A stretch of DNA of 53,366 nt from a virus (Duplodnaviria > Caudoviricetes), in the IMG/VR virus record IMGVR_UViG_3300005611_000037, positions 1 through 53,366 of that record, one strand, 5' to 3'. Below, in pieces: positions 33,127 through 43,700 of this stretch. The translations under genes and the position numbers were made by a program. A model generated the notes under the pieces. It made no database searches. It was not told the origin of the DNA and saw only the letters and a list, made by a program, of their open reading frames with translations. Position 1 is the first letter of the stretch; each line of letters opens with the position of its first letter.

Positions 33127-35092
33127 CTTTTTCCCATGGCCTTTTCGCCTCATTGTCTGCCAAGAAATACCATGTATGTTTCCCTGGCTGTTGATATGTT
33201 TTGACAGTATCGCCTAAGTATTTAGTAACATAACTTACTGCGTATCTGCCTGCTCTTTCACCACTAGCATGATCGGCTTCTTTCAGTGCTTGTCTTGCTA
33301 GTATTTCAAGATCTGTTCTAGTGTAAAACTTATGTCTGTCCATAGCTTTGGCTACCACACGAGCAATACCGACTTCGTCTGGACCTGCTTTGGCATCAAC
33401 CACCTTGAAGAACCCACCCTCATAATCAAAGTAAGCATTGTGTTGTTCAGGTTCTTTAGCATTACGCGCTTCGTAAAACAATGTAATGTTTGGTTTTGTA
33501 CCAAGCAACTTGATACCAGAATCCATCCAGCCAGCAAAGGCTGAACCACCACGCGCTGACATAAAGCTAAGATCGTCTGCTCTTTCTTTACCTGTGTGGT
33601 GAGCAATGATGCACGAGATCTTAAACATTTCAATCAGCTTATCTACGCGCGATAACATTTCATGGACTTCTTGGTTTGAGTTTTCTTCACCACTAAAGAA
33701 ATTAATAATAGGGTCAATCATGACCAAGTCTGGTTTGTGATAATCTATACTTTCTGCTATGTCGTCCATGTCTCCATCTCTCATGATGTTCTTTCTTAGT
33801 CTACCAGATGCAATCAAGTTTGACTTCCCCAAATCCATAAGATCTTGATCGTGCATAAAAGGTTTGTAATACATGTCAATTCTATTCTTCAAAAATTCAT
33901 GGATAATTTCTGCTTGTAACCACATTACTTTCAAAGGTCTAGTAAAAGGTTTACCCATAAACTCTGTACCTGTTGTGGCAGCAGCAGCAAAAGCCCCAAG
34001 CCAATGCGACTTACCGATCTTTGGTTTACCAACCAACAACACCCTTGACTCTTGGAAAATAAAACAGTCGCCCCAAAACTGTTCAATCCTACCAGAGTCC
34101 ATACCTTCCCAGAAAGAATCGTTGTAAGGTCTAAGTCCTAGTGGGTCTTTGGTTTCTTTTGTTTCTTTCTTTTTGACATCAATAGGATCTTCTTGATCCA
34201 TGATTTCTTTTAACTCATCTGTCAGTTGTATTTGCCATTCACTTGTTTTCCATTTGTGAATACCTGCTTCTGTATCGTCTGGATTTCTACGCATGTGTCC
34301 AGTACAAATACTGGTAACTGTTTGCGATACTTCTTCTAGTGACATAGGTGGGTTGTTGCTTTGATTCCAATCAAATGCTTTGATCAAAACTTCACGCAAT
34401 CCCCAGCCTTCTTTTATCCATCGTCCGACCAATCGTGCCAAGGTATCGTTCCTTTGCCCTTCGCCAACTCCATCTGTTGATAGTAAGCTTTTGTTTTCTG
34501 ATGATGCTCGACCTTGATTGTTGTAGTCGTAAATAGCATTGATGTCTTTGAGTGTTAGCTTGGGTAAGTCAGCAAAAGATTGTAGATCTCCATCGATTTC
34601 TAACTCGTAATCTATTGATGGTTCCATCATGACATAACCACCTTCGCCCCTTACATCTAGTCTACCTGTTGTATTCCTTATAATGTGATCTGATACTGCA
34701 TAGAAATAGTGATACCCACCCCTCGGTGTTTTCTGCTTCATAGGTGTTTGTGTTATGCCAGACTCTTCAACAAACACACAAGCTTCGTGCGTGTCAGCAT
34801 CAAGCACTACAAAGTTAACTCCTGTAACTACCGCCCAATTGCACCCAGGGAATTGTTTAAACCATTGAGCAACTTCTTCTTTGCTTGGTTGTTTGGTTAT
34901 ATACTCAGACCATTTAACTCTAGGAGTCTTAGCCCATTTACGCGCTAAACCAAAATCGTCTTCAAAGGGGTGCTTCTTTCTGAAATACTCTGGAATAAAG
35001 TCTTTCGTTGAACCACAAGGTATAAGATGACACCCATTTTCCCAATAGGTTTTGACTAGGTTTTGTCTTGTATCTCCTGGTTTAATTGGCAT
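33116..35092 (-). CDS. bifunctional primase-polymerase with PriCT and RecA-like (AAA_25) helicase
   Basis: VVLDAD, TPRGGYHYFY, DVRGEGGYV, EGQRND, Walker A GKPKIGKS, VMIDP, AHHTGK. Confidence 0.9.
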   Translation of the reverse strand: MPIKPGDTRQNLVKTYWENGCHLIPCGSTKDFIPEYFRKKHPFEDDFGLARKWAKTPRVKWSEYITKQPSKEEVAQWFKQFPGCNWAVVTGVNFVVLDADTHEACVFVEESGITQTPMKQKTPRGGYHYFYAVSDHIIRNTTGRLDVRGEGGYVMMEPSIDYELEIDGDLQSFADLPKLTLKDINAIYDYNNQGRASSENKSLLSTDGVGEGQRNDTLARLVGRWIKEGWGLREVLIKAFDWNQSNNPPMSLEEVSQTVTSICTGHMRRNPDDTEAGIHKWKTSEWQIQLTDELKEIMDQEDPIDVKKKETKETKDPLGLRPYNDSFWEGMDSGRIEQFWGDCFIFQESRVLLVGKPKIGKSHWLGAFAAAATTGTEFMGKPFTRPLKVMWLQAEIIHEFLKNRIDMYYKPFMHDQDLMDLGKSNLIASGRLRKNIMRDGDMDDIAESIDYHKPDLVMIDPIINFFSGEENSNQEVHEMLSRVDKLIEMFKISCIIAHHTGKERADDLSFMSARGGSAFAGWMDSGIKLLGTKPNITLFYEARNAKEPEQHNAYFDYEGGFFKVVDAKAGPDEVGIARVVAKAMDRHKFYTRTDLEILARQALKEADHASGERAGRYAVSYVTKYLGDTVKTYQQPGKHTWYFLADNEAKRPWEKDEK

Positions 35093-35306
35093 GTTCTAAG
35101 ATCACAGGTTCTTTTGTAACCTTTACTGGGCCAAATATATTTTCCCAATCTAATGCTCTGCCTGTCATTGCAATTAGATTTTTTGCTTGCTTTACTGATG
35201 GTTGTCTTAAACCATATCTCCACGATTTAATAGTGTTGACAGATACTCCCAACTCTTTTGCTAGTTCCTTCTCTCCCACTTTTTTAATGTAATCTTTTAA
35301 AGTCAT
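35082..35306 (-). CDS. Cro-like HTH regulator
   Basis: ELAKELGVSVNTIKSWRYGLRQP; start refined to ATG 35306. Confidence 0.8.
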   Translation of the reverse strand: MTLKDYIKKVGEKELAKELGVSVNTIKSWRYGLRQPSVKQAKNLIAMTGRALDWENIFGPVKVTKEPVILEHAN

Positions 35307-35350
35307 AATGAGTGATATTAAATTAATATTACAAAAAGTAAATATTTTTG

Positions 35351-35380
35351 TTGACAAAAAATATATTATAATGGTAATTT
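35351..35380 (+). promoter_or_regulatory. promoter of the recombination/replication operon in a divergent control region
   Basis: TTGACA-18 nt-TAATTT with TG extension. Confidence 0.6.
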
Positions 35381-35386
35381 AGATAT

Positions 35387-35499
35387 TGGTTGAGCGGGGA
35401 AAAAAGTCTCCTTGCGCTAATGAAGATACAAGAACTATAGATATTGTATGTTTATGGCACAGTTCAAAACTGCATTTTCGCTTTAATCCCCATCAACCA
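35387..35499 (+). ncRNA. candidate structured leader RNA
   Basis: Closing stem TGGTTGA..GGGGA / TCCCC.TCAACCA enclosing two hairpins. Confidence 0.4.
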
Positions 35500-35510
35500 T
35501 TTTTAATATT

Positions 35511-35963
35511 ATGAATAATTTGAATGACTTAAATTTTGTTGACTTGCTCAAGATGAAAAAGAAAAATTTATCTGACCAAGCCGATCTGCGAAAACAAAGC
35601 GAAGCCTTGGATAAAGAAATCGCTTCACGCCAAGAAGTTTTAAATGCTGTTGGAGATCTCCATGAATCTGGTGGATCGAAGAGAGTAAAACTGAATGGAC
35701 TTATACCTTTAGATTTACGTGTGCAATATAGAGTTACAAGATCTTGGGATCAAGATTATGTTGACACCATAAAATCTCAAGTGCCACCAAATCTTTTTCC
35801 TTTTAAAACACAGTACGTTGAAGATGCTAAAGCAACTGCTGCTTTGTCAGAAACAAATCCTGAAGTTTACAACATGGTACAAAAAGGTTTGCAAACAAAA
35901 ATTAACGAGCGACCATACATATCGTTTGTTGATCTACCTAAAAATGAAAATACCAGTAAGTAA
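35511..35963 (+). CDS. hypothetical protein of the recombination module
   Basis: 150 aa ORF upstream of the AAA ATPase. Confidence 0.7.
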   Translation: MNNLNDLNFVDLLKMKKKNLSDQADLRKQSEALDKEIASRQEVLNAVGDLHESGGSKRVKLNGLIPLDLRVQYRVTRSWDQDYVDTIKSQVPPNLFPFKTQYVEDAKATAALSETNPEVYNMVQKGLQTKINERPYISFVDLPKNENTSK

Positions 35964-36162
35964 AACAAAACTATCTGACAGTATAGGGTATCGTTTTCCA
36001 TACGATCATTTGGAATTTGCTGATAAATTGGTTGATGCGTCTCAAGTAACCAACAAGTTTGGAGTTACTTTTAAGATGACAAGATCTGATGCAATTAGAA
36101 TTATTATGGAAAAGGGTATCGAAAAAATTAACGAGGAAAATAAAAATGAGTTTACTAAATGA
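35944..36162 (+). CDS. small putative ribbon-helix-helix DNA-binding protein
   Basis: IGYRFP strand and TRSDAIRIIMEKG helix; start refined. Confidence 0.5.
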   Translation: MKIPVSKTKLSDSIGYRFPYDHLEFADKLVDASQVTNKFGVTFKMTRSDAIRIIMEKGIEKINEENKNEFTK

Positions 36163-36904
36163 AGTTACTACAGGAATCAAAGTGCCAGCAATAAAAATAA
36201 ACATAGCAGGTACAGACGGCATAGGTAAAACTACCTTTGCATCAAAAGCACCAAAACCAATCTTTATAAAGACAGAGGAAGGCACCAACTTTTTAGACGT
36301 TGCTTCCTTTCCGCTTTGTAAAAGTTACGATGACATCGTTAAACAAATACAAACATTGCACGATGAAGAACACGATTACAAAACCCTCGTGTTTGATACC
36401 ACCGACTGGGGTGAAAAGCTTGTGCATGAAAAGGTTTGTCAAAATCATTCAGTCAAATCCATTGAAGCGATCGGATTTGGCAAAGGTTACACCGAAGCAG
36501 CCGAACTATTTGGTCGACTGTTAAGGCTGTTTGATGCGTTGCAACAGAAAAAAATGAATATCATTTTACTTTCTCACGTAGCCATCAGAACTTTCAACGA
36601 TCCAGAGCGTGAGCCTTACGATCGTTGGGAACTCAATACCCACAAAAAAATATCAGCTTTGATACGTGAGTGGGTAGACTTTAACTTGTTTGCGAACTAC
36701 GAGGTATCAACTCGTACCAGTGGGCAAGGTTTTAAGGAAGCAACTCGTGCTGTGTCTTATGGCAAGCGTAAGTTGTTCCATAAATTTACTGCTGCCTTTG
36801 ATGCTAAATCCAGGGTAGATCTGGGCAATGCGCCAATAGATCTAGATTGGACAGCATTTATTGCAGCATTTAAACAATCTTTGCAAAGACTAAAAGGAGA
36901 ATAA
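36146..36904 (+). CDS. AAA_24 / Sak4-like ATPase (single-strand annealing)
   Basis: GTDGIGKTTFA, TLVFDT.DW, GFGKGY, ILLSH, AFDAKSR; GAGG RBS before ATG 36146. Confidence 0.85.
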   Translation: MSLLNEVTTGIKVPAIKINIAGTDGIGKTTFASKAPKPIFIKTEEGTNFLDVASFPLCKSYDDIVKQIQTLHDEEHDYKTLVFDTTDWGEKLVHEKVCQNHSVKSIEAIGFGKGYTEAAELFGRLLRLFDALQQKKMNIILLSHVAIRTFNDPEREPYDRWELNTHKKISALIREWVDFNLFANYEVSTRTSGQGFKEATRAVSYGKRKLFHKFTAAFDAKSRVDLGNAPIDLDWTAFIAAFKQSLQRLKGE

Positions 36905-36908
36905 TTTT

Positions 36909-37403
36909 ATGAGCCAAGATTTTAATTTAGATTTAACTAATATCGAAAACGATGATTCACCTATTGGTGCTATGCCAGCAGGTGTCTATGAACTGCAAGG
37001 TAACACTTGGCAGGTATTAACTAGCAAAGCTAGTGGTAACAGAATGATCAAGGTCGAGTACGATGTGATCGGTCCAAATTACGCAGGTCGTAAATTGTGG
37101 GAACATTTTATGCTCGAAGGTAATGGTCTACAAGTATCAACTAGAAAACTTAGAGAGTGGCGTAGGTCTATGGGTTTAGATCCAGATGTAAATGCTTTTG
37201 GCATTGAGGACTTAAACTCTATGATGAACGTTGCTTTCAGCGCAAGCATTAAAGTTGAGCCAGGTACCGATAAAGGTGATGGTACAAAATACGAAGATTC
37301 CAATAGGATTTTGAAATACCTTCCTGCTGACAGTAAGGTACAAACACCTAAAGCATCAGCTCCAGCACCTGCTGCAGATGATGACTTTGATTGGGAAGCA
37401 TAA
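36909..37403 (+). CDS. DUF669-like single-stranded DNA-binding protein
   Basis: PAGVY, YAGRKLWE, acidic aromatic tail DDDFDWEA; follows the Sak4-like gene. Confidence 0.8.
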   Translation: MSQDFNLDLTNIENDDSPIGAMPAGVYELQGNTWQVLTSKASGNRMIKVEYDVIGPNYAGRKLWEHFMLEGNGLQVSTRKLREWRRSMGLDPDVNAFGIEDLNSMMNVAFSASIKVEPGTDKGDGTKYEDSNRILKYLPADSKVQTPKASAPAPAADDDFDWEA

Positions 37404-37550
37404 GGAACTGTGGCTTATTACATGAGTAGTTGCCAGTACGCTCATGCTCCTTATCCACTCAGAAGTTTTGGTGTGGGCCACAGAGGGTTTTTAAAGTTTT
37501 TATTCCCTTTCATAACGCATTAAAACATACTGGCATTTTGGAGAAATACT

Positions 37551-37754
37551 ATGTTTAAAAGTGAACTAGAAAACGATTTAAAAAATATGATGCAATCTAC
37601 AACAGATTTGATAAGGGAGATTCATCATACTTATTCAGATGTACCTTCTGGATTAAACAAAAAGATAGAAGCTACTAAAGCTTTGTTATTGAATGTAAAC
37701 TATGATTATGAAACTAAAAAAATCCAAAGGTTCTTATCTAAAATCCTTGGATGA
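37551..37754 (+). CDS. hypothetical protein
   Basis: GGAG RBS. Confidence 0.6.
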   Translation: MFKSELENDLKNMMQSTTDLIREIHHTYSDVPSGLNKKIEATKALLLNVNYDYETKKIQRFLSKILG

Positions 37755-38022
37755 TACCTGTGTAGAAAAAGTTACAGAGGATATGCAGAAGTGTTTAGAC
37801 GGCTGGGTCGAACAAGATTTAGATACCGAGTCAGCCGTTTTAGCACTTGTTAGCTTTGCTCTTGATCTGGCTTTTTATTATTCCAAGTCACCTCAACAGG
37901 TGTTTCGTGCCATTGCTAATTTAATTTCTGAGAAAATAGAACAAGACAATATCAATATAGAAGATCTCCTAAATGATTTTTCATATTTAGAATCTTTACA
38001 AAAAGATAATATAGTCCATTGA
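37702..38022 (+). CDS. hypothetical protein
   Basis: 106 aa ORF overlapping both neighbours. Confidence 0.6.
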   Translation: MIMKLKKSKGSYLKSLDDTCVEKVTEDMQKCLDGWVEQDLDTESAVLALVSFALDLAFYYSKSPQQVFRAIANLISEKIEQDNINIEDLLNDFSYLESLQKDNIVH

Positions 38023-39680
38023 AATTAAGATACTACCAAAAAGAAGCTGTAGATTCTTTACATAACTGGTTCGATACACGTCCAGCCGAAGACCATGCTT
38101 TAATTACTTTGCCAACTGCTGCGGGTAAAACCATTGTCTTCTCGCATTTTATTAAAGAAACACTAGAACAAAAACCAGATGCCAGGTTCTTGGTTATGGC
38201 TCATCGTAAAGAATTAGTAGCCCAAGCTGAAGCTAAACTAAAAACTGTTTGGCCCGATGCCCCTGTCGGTGTTATGGCAGCTGGCATGAAACGTTTTGAA
38301 AATACCCAGATCTTAGTTGCCAGTAGAGATACATTGGCATCACCTAAAAGATTAGAGTCAGTTGGATCTTTTGATTACATGATTGTTGATGAAGCACACA
38401 ACATACCACCCCAAGGTTTTACTCGCTACAAGAAAATAATTAACACCCTATCAGATCGTGGCACTATGCGCGTCATGGGTTGTACTGCTACACCTTATCG
38501 TATGGGGCAAGGTTATATCTATGGCAATCGTAAAGACCATTTCTTTAAAGACTTGGCTTATTCGGTTTCTATTCCAGAACTAATAAAAGAAGGTTACTTG
38601 GCTCGGCTTTCTGCTTTTGCTGTCAAAGAAGATGCCATCATAGATGCTAGTCAAGTCAAGCTAAAATTTAAGAATGGTGACTTCAGAGAGAAAGAACTAG
38701 AAGAGTTGGCTATGGTTGATGAAACCATTATAGAAATCATATCCGACTGGATTGATTCGGCTTACACCAAAGGTAGAACTGCAACTGTATTTTTCTGTGT
38801 GTCAGTATTGCATGCCTTGAAGATGACTTCTTTCTTGAAAGCACAAGGCATTGCTGCAGCTTGTGTCACTGGTGAAACCCCAGCCGATGAACGTGAACAA
38901 ATACTACAAGACTTTGAAGACGGCAGAATCCACGCGCTATGCAATGTCGGAGTTCTTACTGAGGGTTGGGACGCCCCTCGAACCGATTGTATTGCTCTGT
39001 TACGCCCAACACAAAGTGCAGGACTTTATGTGCAAATGTGTGGACGAGGTATGCGTTTACACCCAGGGAAAGAAAACTGTTTGCTTCTAGACTATGGTGA
39101 GAATGTAGCGCGCCATGGCTGTCTCGATGAAGTATGTCCAGAGGATCGCTCGGCTCGTTATCGTCCCAAGATCTGCGCCAACTGCAATGCCATCAATAGT
39201 CCTAGCGCAACCAAGTGTGTTGAGTGTGAGGAAAGTTTCAAGCCTGCTGAAACCAAGTCTTTATATACAGCCAAAGAAAAAGAAGCAGCCAAGAGAACCA
39301 AAGCAGAACGTCAGGCTGTGTTGTCTGATGAAAGGGAGAAAGCAAAACCTCGCGCCAAAAAAGTGTCAGACATATTTGCTGTTACCAAAAAGTCCAAGAA
39401 CGATAACGATTACTGTTCAGTTATCTTTACATTGAAAGACGAGTTCTTTCCTAAAAAATTACCACTAATGTTTGGCCACCCTAAAGCACATCACATGGCA
39501 GTTAGTAAATGGCGCAAGATTGCGCCCAAATGGAAAGCACCCAATGAACCATGGATGGCAACAGAGTTGATAAATAATGGTGCATTTGACACAATACAAG
39601 AAGTTATATTACAGAGAGAGGGCAAATATGAAAACATTGTCGGTATCAGAAACAAGGATAACCAACTCATAAGGCTATGA
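38019..39680 (+). CDS. superfamily 2 helicase (RadD/YejH-like) with Zn finger
   Basis: LRYYQ, PTAAGKT, DEAH, TATP, LTEGWD, QMCGRGMR, CANC...CVEC. Confidence 0.93.
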   Translation: MKLRYYQKEAVDSLHNWFDTRPAEDHALITLPTAAGKTIVFSHFIKETLEQKPDARFLVMAHRKELVAQAEAKLKTVWPDAPVGVMAAGMKRFENTQILVASRDTLASPKRLESVGSFDYMIVDEAHNIPPQGFTRYKKIINTLSDRGTMRVMGCTATPYRMGQGYIYGNRKDHFFKDLAYSVSIPELIKEGYLARLSAFAVKEDAIIDASQVKLKFKNGDFREKELEELAMVDETIIEIISDWIDSAYTKGRTATVFFCVSVLHALKMTSFLKAQGIAAACVTGETPADEREQILQDFEDGRIHALCNVGVLTEGWDAPRTDCIALLRPTQSAGLYVQMCGRGMRLHPGKENCLLLDYGENVARHGCLDEVCPEDRSARYRPKICANCNAINSPSATKCVECEESFKPAETKSLYTAKEKEAAKRTKAERQAVLSDEREKAKPRAKKVSDIFAVTKKSKNDNDYCSVIFTLKDEFFPKKLPLMFGHPKAHHMAVSKWRKIAPKWKAPNEPWMATELINNGAFDTIQEVILQREGKYENIVGIRNKDNQLIRL

Positions 39681-40792
39681 ACATCAACCAAGCTTTTGAT
39701 GACATAGAGGTCAGAGAAAAATTTAAGCCTAGATATTATTTAGGAGTCAGTCAGATCGGTTCTGAAAACGATCGCATGTTATGGTTCAACTTTAGATGGT
39801 GTATGCCATTTGATATAGAGCCTAGAGTTTCTAGGCTGTTAGATCTGGGTAATGTAGTTGAAGACCATTTGATAGATAAGATGCGTCAGATTGAAGGCGC
39901 CAAAATTTATGACAAAACCAAAGATGGTAAACAGTTTGAAGCCAATGCTTTAGGTGGACACGTTAGCGGTCACATTGATGGCTTGGCTAAGAACTTACCA
40001 GGTTTAGATCCTAAAGAAACTTACTTGCTTGAATTTAAAACTGCCAACGATAAAAGGTTCAATGAGTTAAAAAAACTTGACAGCTATTGCGCTTGGTCTC
40101 AAGAGTATAAAGCACAAGTTCATTTGTATATGGGTATGTTCAAACTTAAAAAATGTATTGCTATTGTTTATAACAAAAACAATTCTGATCTGTACACTGA
40201 GATCATTGATTTTGATAAAGAGTTATACGATTTGTTTATGGACAAAGCCAAACGCATTGTTGAGTCAGCAGAACCACCAGAAAATAAAATTCCAGAAACA
40301 GATTACCGCATTAGATCTTTTATGTCGCAAAAACAACAAGACATATATCTAGGAAAAAAACTTCCAGACAAAGTCAATTGTCGTAACTGTCGCTTTGCTA
40401 AACCAAAGCTAGATGAAGAGGGAGCAACCTGGTTTTGTGAGGCCCATAAACGCAATCTGTCCATAGATAGGCAACTCAAAGCATGCCCTAGGCATAACTT
40501 TGTCCCAGAATTGATCTCAGCGCTTTGCATAAATAAAACTGATAATAGTGTCGAATATAAGCACGAAGATATAACTATCATTAATAGTTCAGAACAAATT
40601 AGTGGTAAAACGCCAGATCATTACTCAAGTAAAGAATTAATTCAGATTGTTAACAACAATTACCCAAGATCTGTTATTGATAATCTTAATGAAATGAAAG
40701 CTGGAAGCTTGAAAAAGTTTGCTCCAATAAAATTAACTAAGATCTCCAAAACAGAAGAGGAAGAAGATCCTCTTAAAGATGTGCCTTTTTAA
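39677..40792 (+). CDS. Cas4-like PD-(D/E)XK exonuclease
   Basis: GHIDG, LLEFKT, QVHLYM, CRNC...C...C. Confidence 0.82.
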   Translation: MNINQAFDDIEVREKFKPRYYLGVSQIGSENDRMLWFNFRWCMPFDIEPRVSRLLDLGNVVEDHLIDKMRQIEGAKIYDKTKDGKQFEANALGGHVSGHIDGLAKNLPGLDPKETYLLEFKTANDKRFNELKKLDSYCAWSQEYKAQVHLYMGMFKLKKCIAIVYNKNNSDLYTEIIDFDKELYDLFMDKAKRIVESAEPPENKIPETDYRIRSFMSQKQQDIYLGKKLPDKVNCRNCRFAKPKLDEEGATWFCEAHKRNLSIDRQLKACPRHNFVPELISALCINKTDNSVEYKHEDITIINSSEQISGKTPDHYSSKELIQIVNNNYPRSVIDNLNEMKAGSLKKFAPIKLTKISKTEEEEDPLKDVPF

Positions 40793-43700
40793 CCAAGCCC
40801 TAACAGTTTGTTTATTTCTTCTTGTCTTAAAGCGTCTACATTCCTAACAGTAGGTTGACCAACATTAGGTGTTCTTGTAACAACTGGCTGAATGTTTAAG
40901 TCTTGTGGTCTGGGTTGAGGTTGTGAAAAAGTTGGCTGATTAAAACTACCAACTAAGTCTTGACCACCAAGCATCATACCTAACTGATAAAGCTTTTCTA
41001 TTGGCACAGGTTGTCTAGCTTTGTTGTAATCCGATCGCAATGCTTCAGATAGTAAACCTTCTTGCAATTCTATTGGTTTAAATATTCCTTGCATGACTAA
41101 TTCTCTATTAGATACTTTTGCTCTTGCAAGTTCTCTGTCAATTTTGTATGAATCTAAACCTAATAAACGAGCATCTTCAATAGCGGTATAAAGATCTCGT
41201 AAAGAATTGTAACGTCCTTCGTTTGAACGAATGTATGATTTAACAAAGTCTTCAGCGTCTCTTAAGTTAGAGGAACGCAATACTCTATTAAATTCATTAG
41301 AAGAGTTTCTTATAGCTTCATTGGCGCTAAACCCTTTGTATCTTAAAGACTTTTCTATTTGTGGTTTAACTACTTTCAAACCACTAAAAGCTTGTACCAT
41401 GGTTTCGGCTGGATCTAAACGTGTACCTTTTCTAGTAATTAGTTTGTCTTCACCTTGTCCATCTGTGCTACCAAAGATACTGCTGGTTACAACTCTTGGA
41501 AAATCTTTTTGTTCAAATTTAATTCCTAAGACACCGCCCCCAGGGTCAGCAGAAATGTTAAATGGTACTACAGAAGGAGCTATTTCATCAGTTATGTAAG
41601 CGATGCTTTTTAATAACTTATCGCCTTCAGTATCAGTGTCATTCCAAATTGTTCTACCTGTATCTGTTTCTCCGTTGTAAGCTTGCAAGAAAGTATTAAT
41701 GCCTAATGATGGCTCATAGAATGGTGAGAATAATTCACTGGCTGCTGAAGTAGTTGCTCTAAATGAAGTATCGAGTAAAGATCTTTCGTTTCTATTACCA
41801 TTCATAACTTCCATCATTAATGCTTTTACAGGCCTTTGTAAGTAATCGTAAGGATTGGTATAACTAAAGTTGTAAAAGCCTGTTGGATTACCATTTTTAT
41901 CTGAACCAGTTGGAATCAATGTTGCTGTCTTATCCCATGGTGCAGCGAAAGATCTCTTGTAAGCGTCTGTCTTTTCTTGGTCAACTCCTGTTAAAGCATT
42001 TCCTGTAGCAACCAAAGCTGTTGGTAATCCCATAGTTACAGTTGCAGCCCCAGCCAATCTTCTAGCACCTATCTTTGCTAACTCTGAGTTACCACTAGCT
42101 AATTCGGCTGATGCACGAGCAAGGGTATTGGCTGTGTTTCTAATAATCTCAGAAGGGAAAGCAACGAAGTTACCAAGCAAAGGAAAATATTTCATTGCTT
42201 TTACTGCATCTGGTACACGTGAATAAGTCGGTACAGTATTCAAAGTTATTTCAGCAGCTTCAGCTTTAACAAATTTTTCTAGTGCTTCTCCTGTTAAATC
42301 ACTAGCCTTTACAACTGGACCATTTGGTGTGTTGCTAATAATGTCTTTAAATTCTATGGTTGCACGAGCAGATCTGACCGGTATAGGTTGAGCGCCAGAA
42401 GCTTTTATAGCATTTTTTAATTTAGCTTGTTCAGCATTCCATGCAAACATACGAGCAGCATCATCAGACATGGAGTAAGCTTTTTCAAATGTCTCTATAC
42501 CTGTAAGCTTTTTAGCTTTTCTTCCTAATTCACTGCCTGTAACTTTTTGATAAATACTAGAATCTTCTGTAGCATATCGCGCTAAAGTTCTAATCTCATC
42601 TAAAACTGCGCCACCTCTTTGTATGATTCCATAATCTTTAGCATCTTTAACTACACCTCTTTTCAATGCTCTTTTTGATGGATCAAATAAACCTGCAAAA
42701 ACTGTATTAACAGCATCAACAAATCTACCGCTTGCTCCTAGATTACCATTCATCAAGGCAAAGAAAGGAATAGAGGTAAAGTTTCTTATTTGAGTAGTAG
42801 GAGATAAAACAGTTTTACCATATTGTGTGCCTGCTTTTAATGCGAGCAATCCTTTTATTGACTGCCCTATGGCGCCAGTGTTTGCTAACAGATCGGTAGT
42901 TGCGCCCATGATGGCATCGTGAAAAATATCTTGTGCATACAAATCTTTTAAAGCTCCAGCATTTTCTGAAAACTTTTTATACTTAATACCTTCTTGAACT
43001 ATTTCATCTGGTAATTGTTGTCCTGGTGAAAGCTGTCCTCTAAAATCTTTTAAAAATTTTTGTTGTCCAAACTGTTGTGCATTGTCATTTAAAACTTTGA
43101 TGTCATCAAACATTTTAGATTTACCAACCAAAGATCCTAGTTTTGCCATAGTTGTTTGTGTTGCTAAAGCAGTATTAGCTATTGCTTCTTTCCAATCATT
43201 TTTACCATAACCTGTTACCTCGCCTAAAGCTTTTCTTACTTCAGGTAAATTGTTTAAAGTTCTACCTTTTAAAGAACCAAACTGTAAACCTTCTACTAGA
43301 AAGTTAGGTGTTTCAAAATCATAAGCTGCTTTATTTTTTGGCCCAGGATTAAGTAATCCATCAAAAGCTGTTTCTGCTTCTATTCTAGAAATGCCCATTT
43401 TTTGTTGCATTTCTCTTAGAGCATTTTCTTTTAAATCTTGTGGAACTGTATAACCAGCATCTAAAAAAGCTTTGTAAGATCTAGAACCATAAGTTCCTTG
43501 GTTTGCAGCAATAGCATTTTTTACTTCATCAGGAATAAATAATTTTACTAACTGATCATCACCTGGTGTTGAAAGATCCAAAATTTCTTTTTCTAACAAA
43601 TTAATGCTGTTGCGATTTTCTTCTAACATTTTTGATATAGATAAATTTTCATCAATACCCAAAGCTTTATAATCTATTTTATTACCAGCACCTTCATAAC

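Noticed and set aside
35387-35499. tRNA, suggested by the 3' ACCA
   Set aside because: No proper acceptor stem geometry, T-loop or D-loop; kept only as a generic structured RNA
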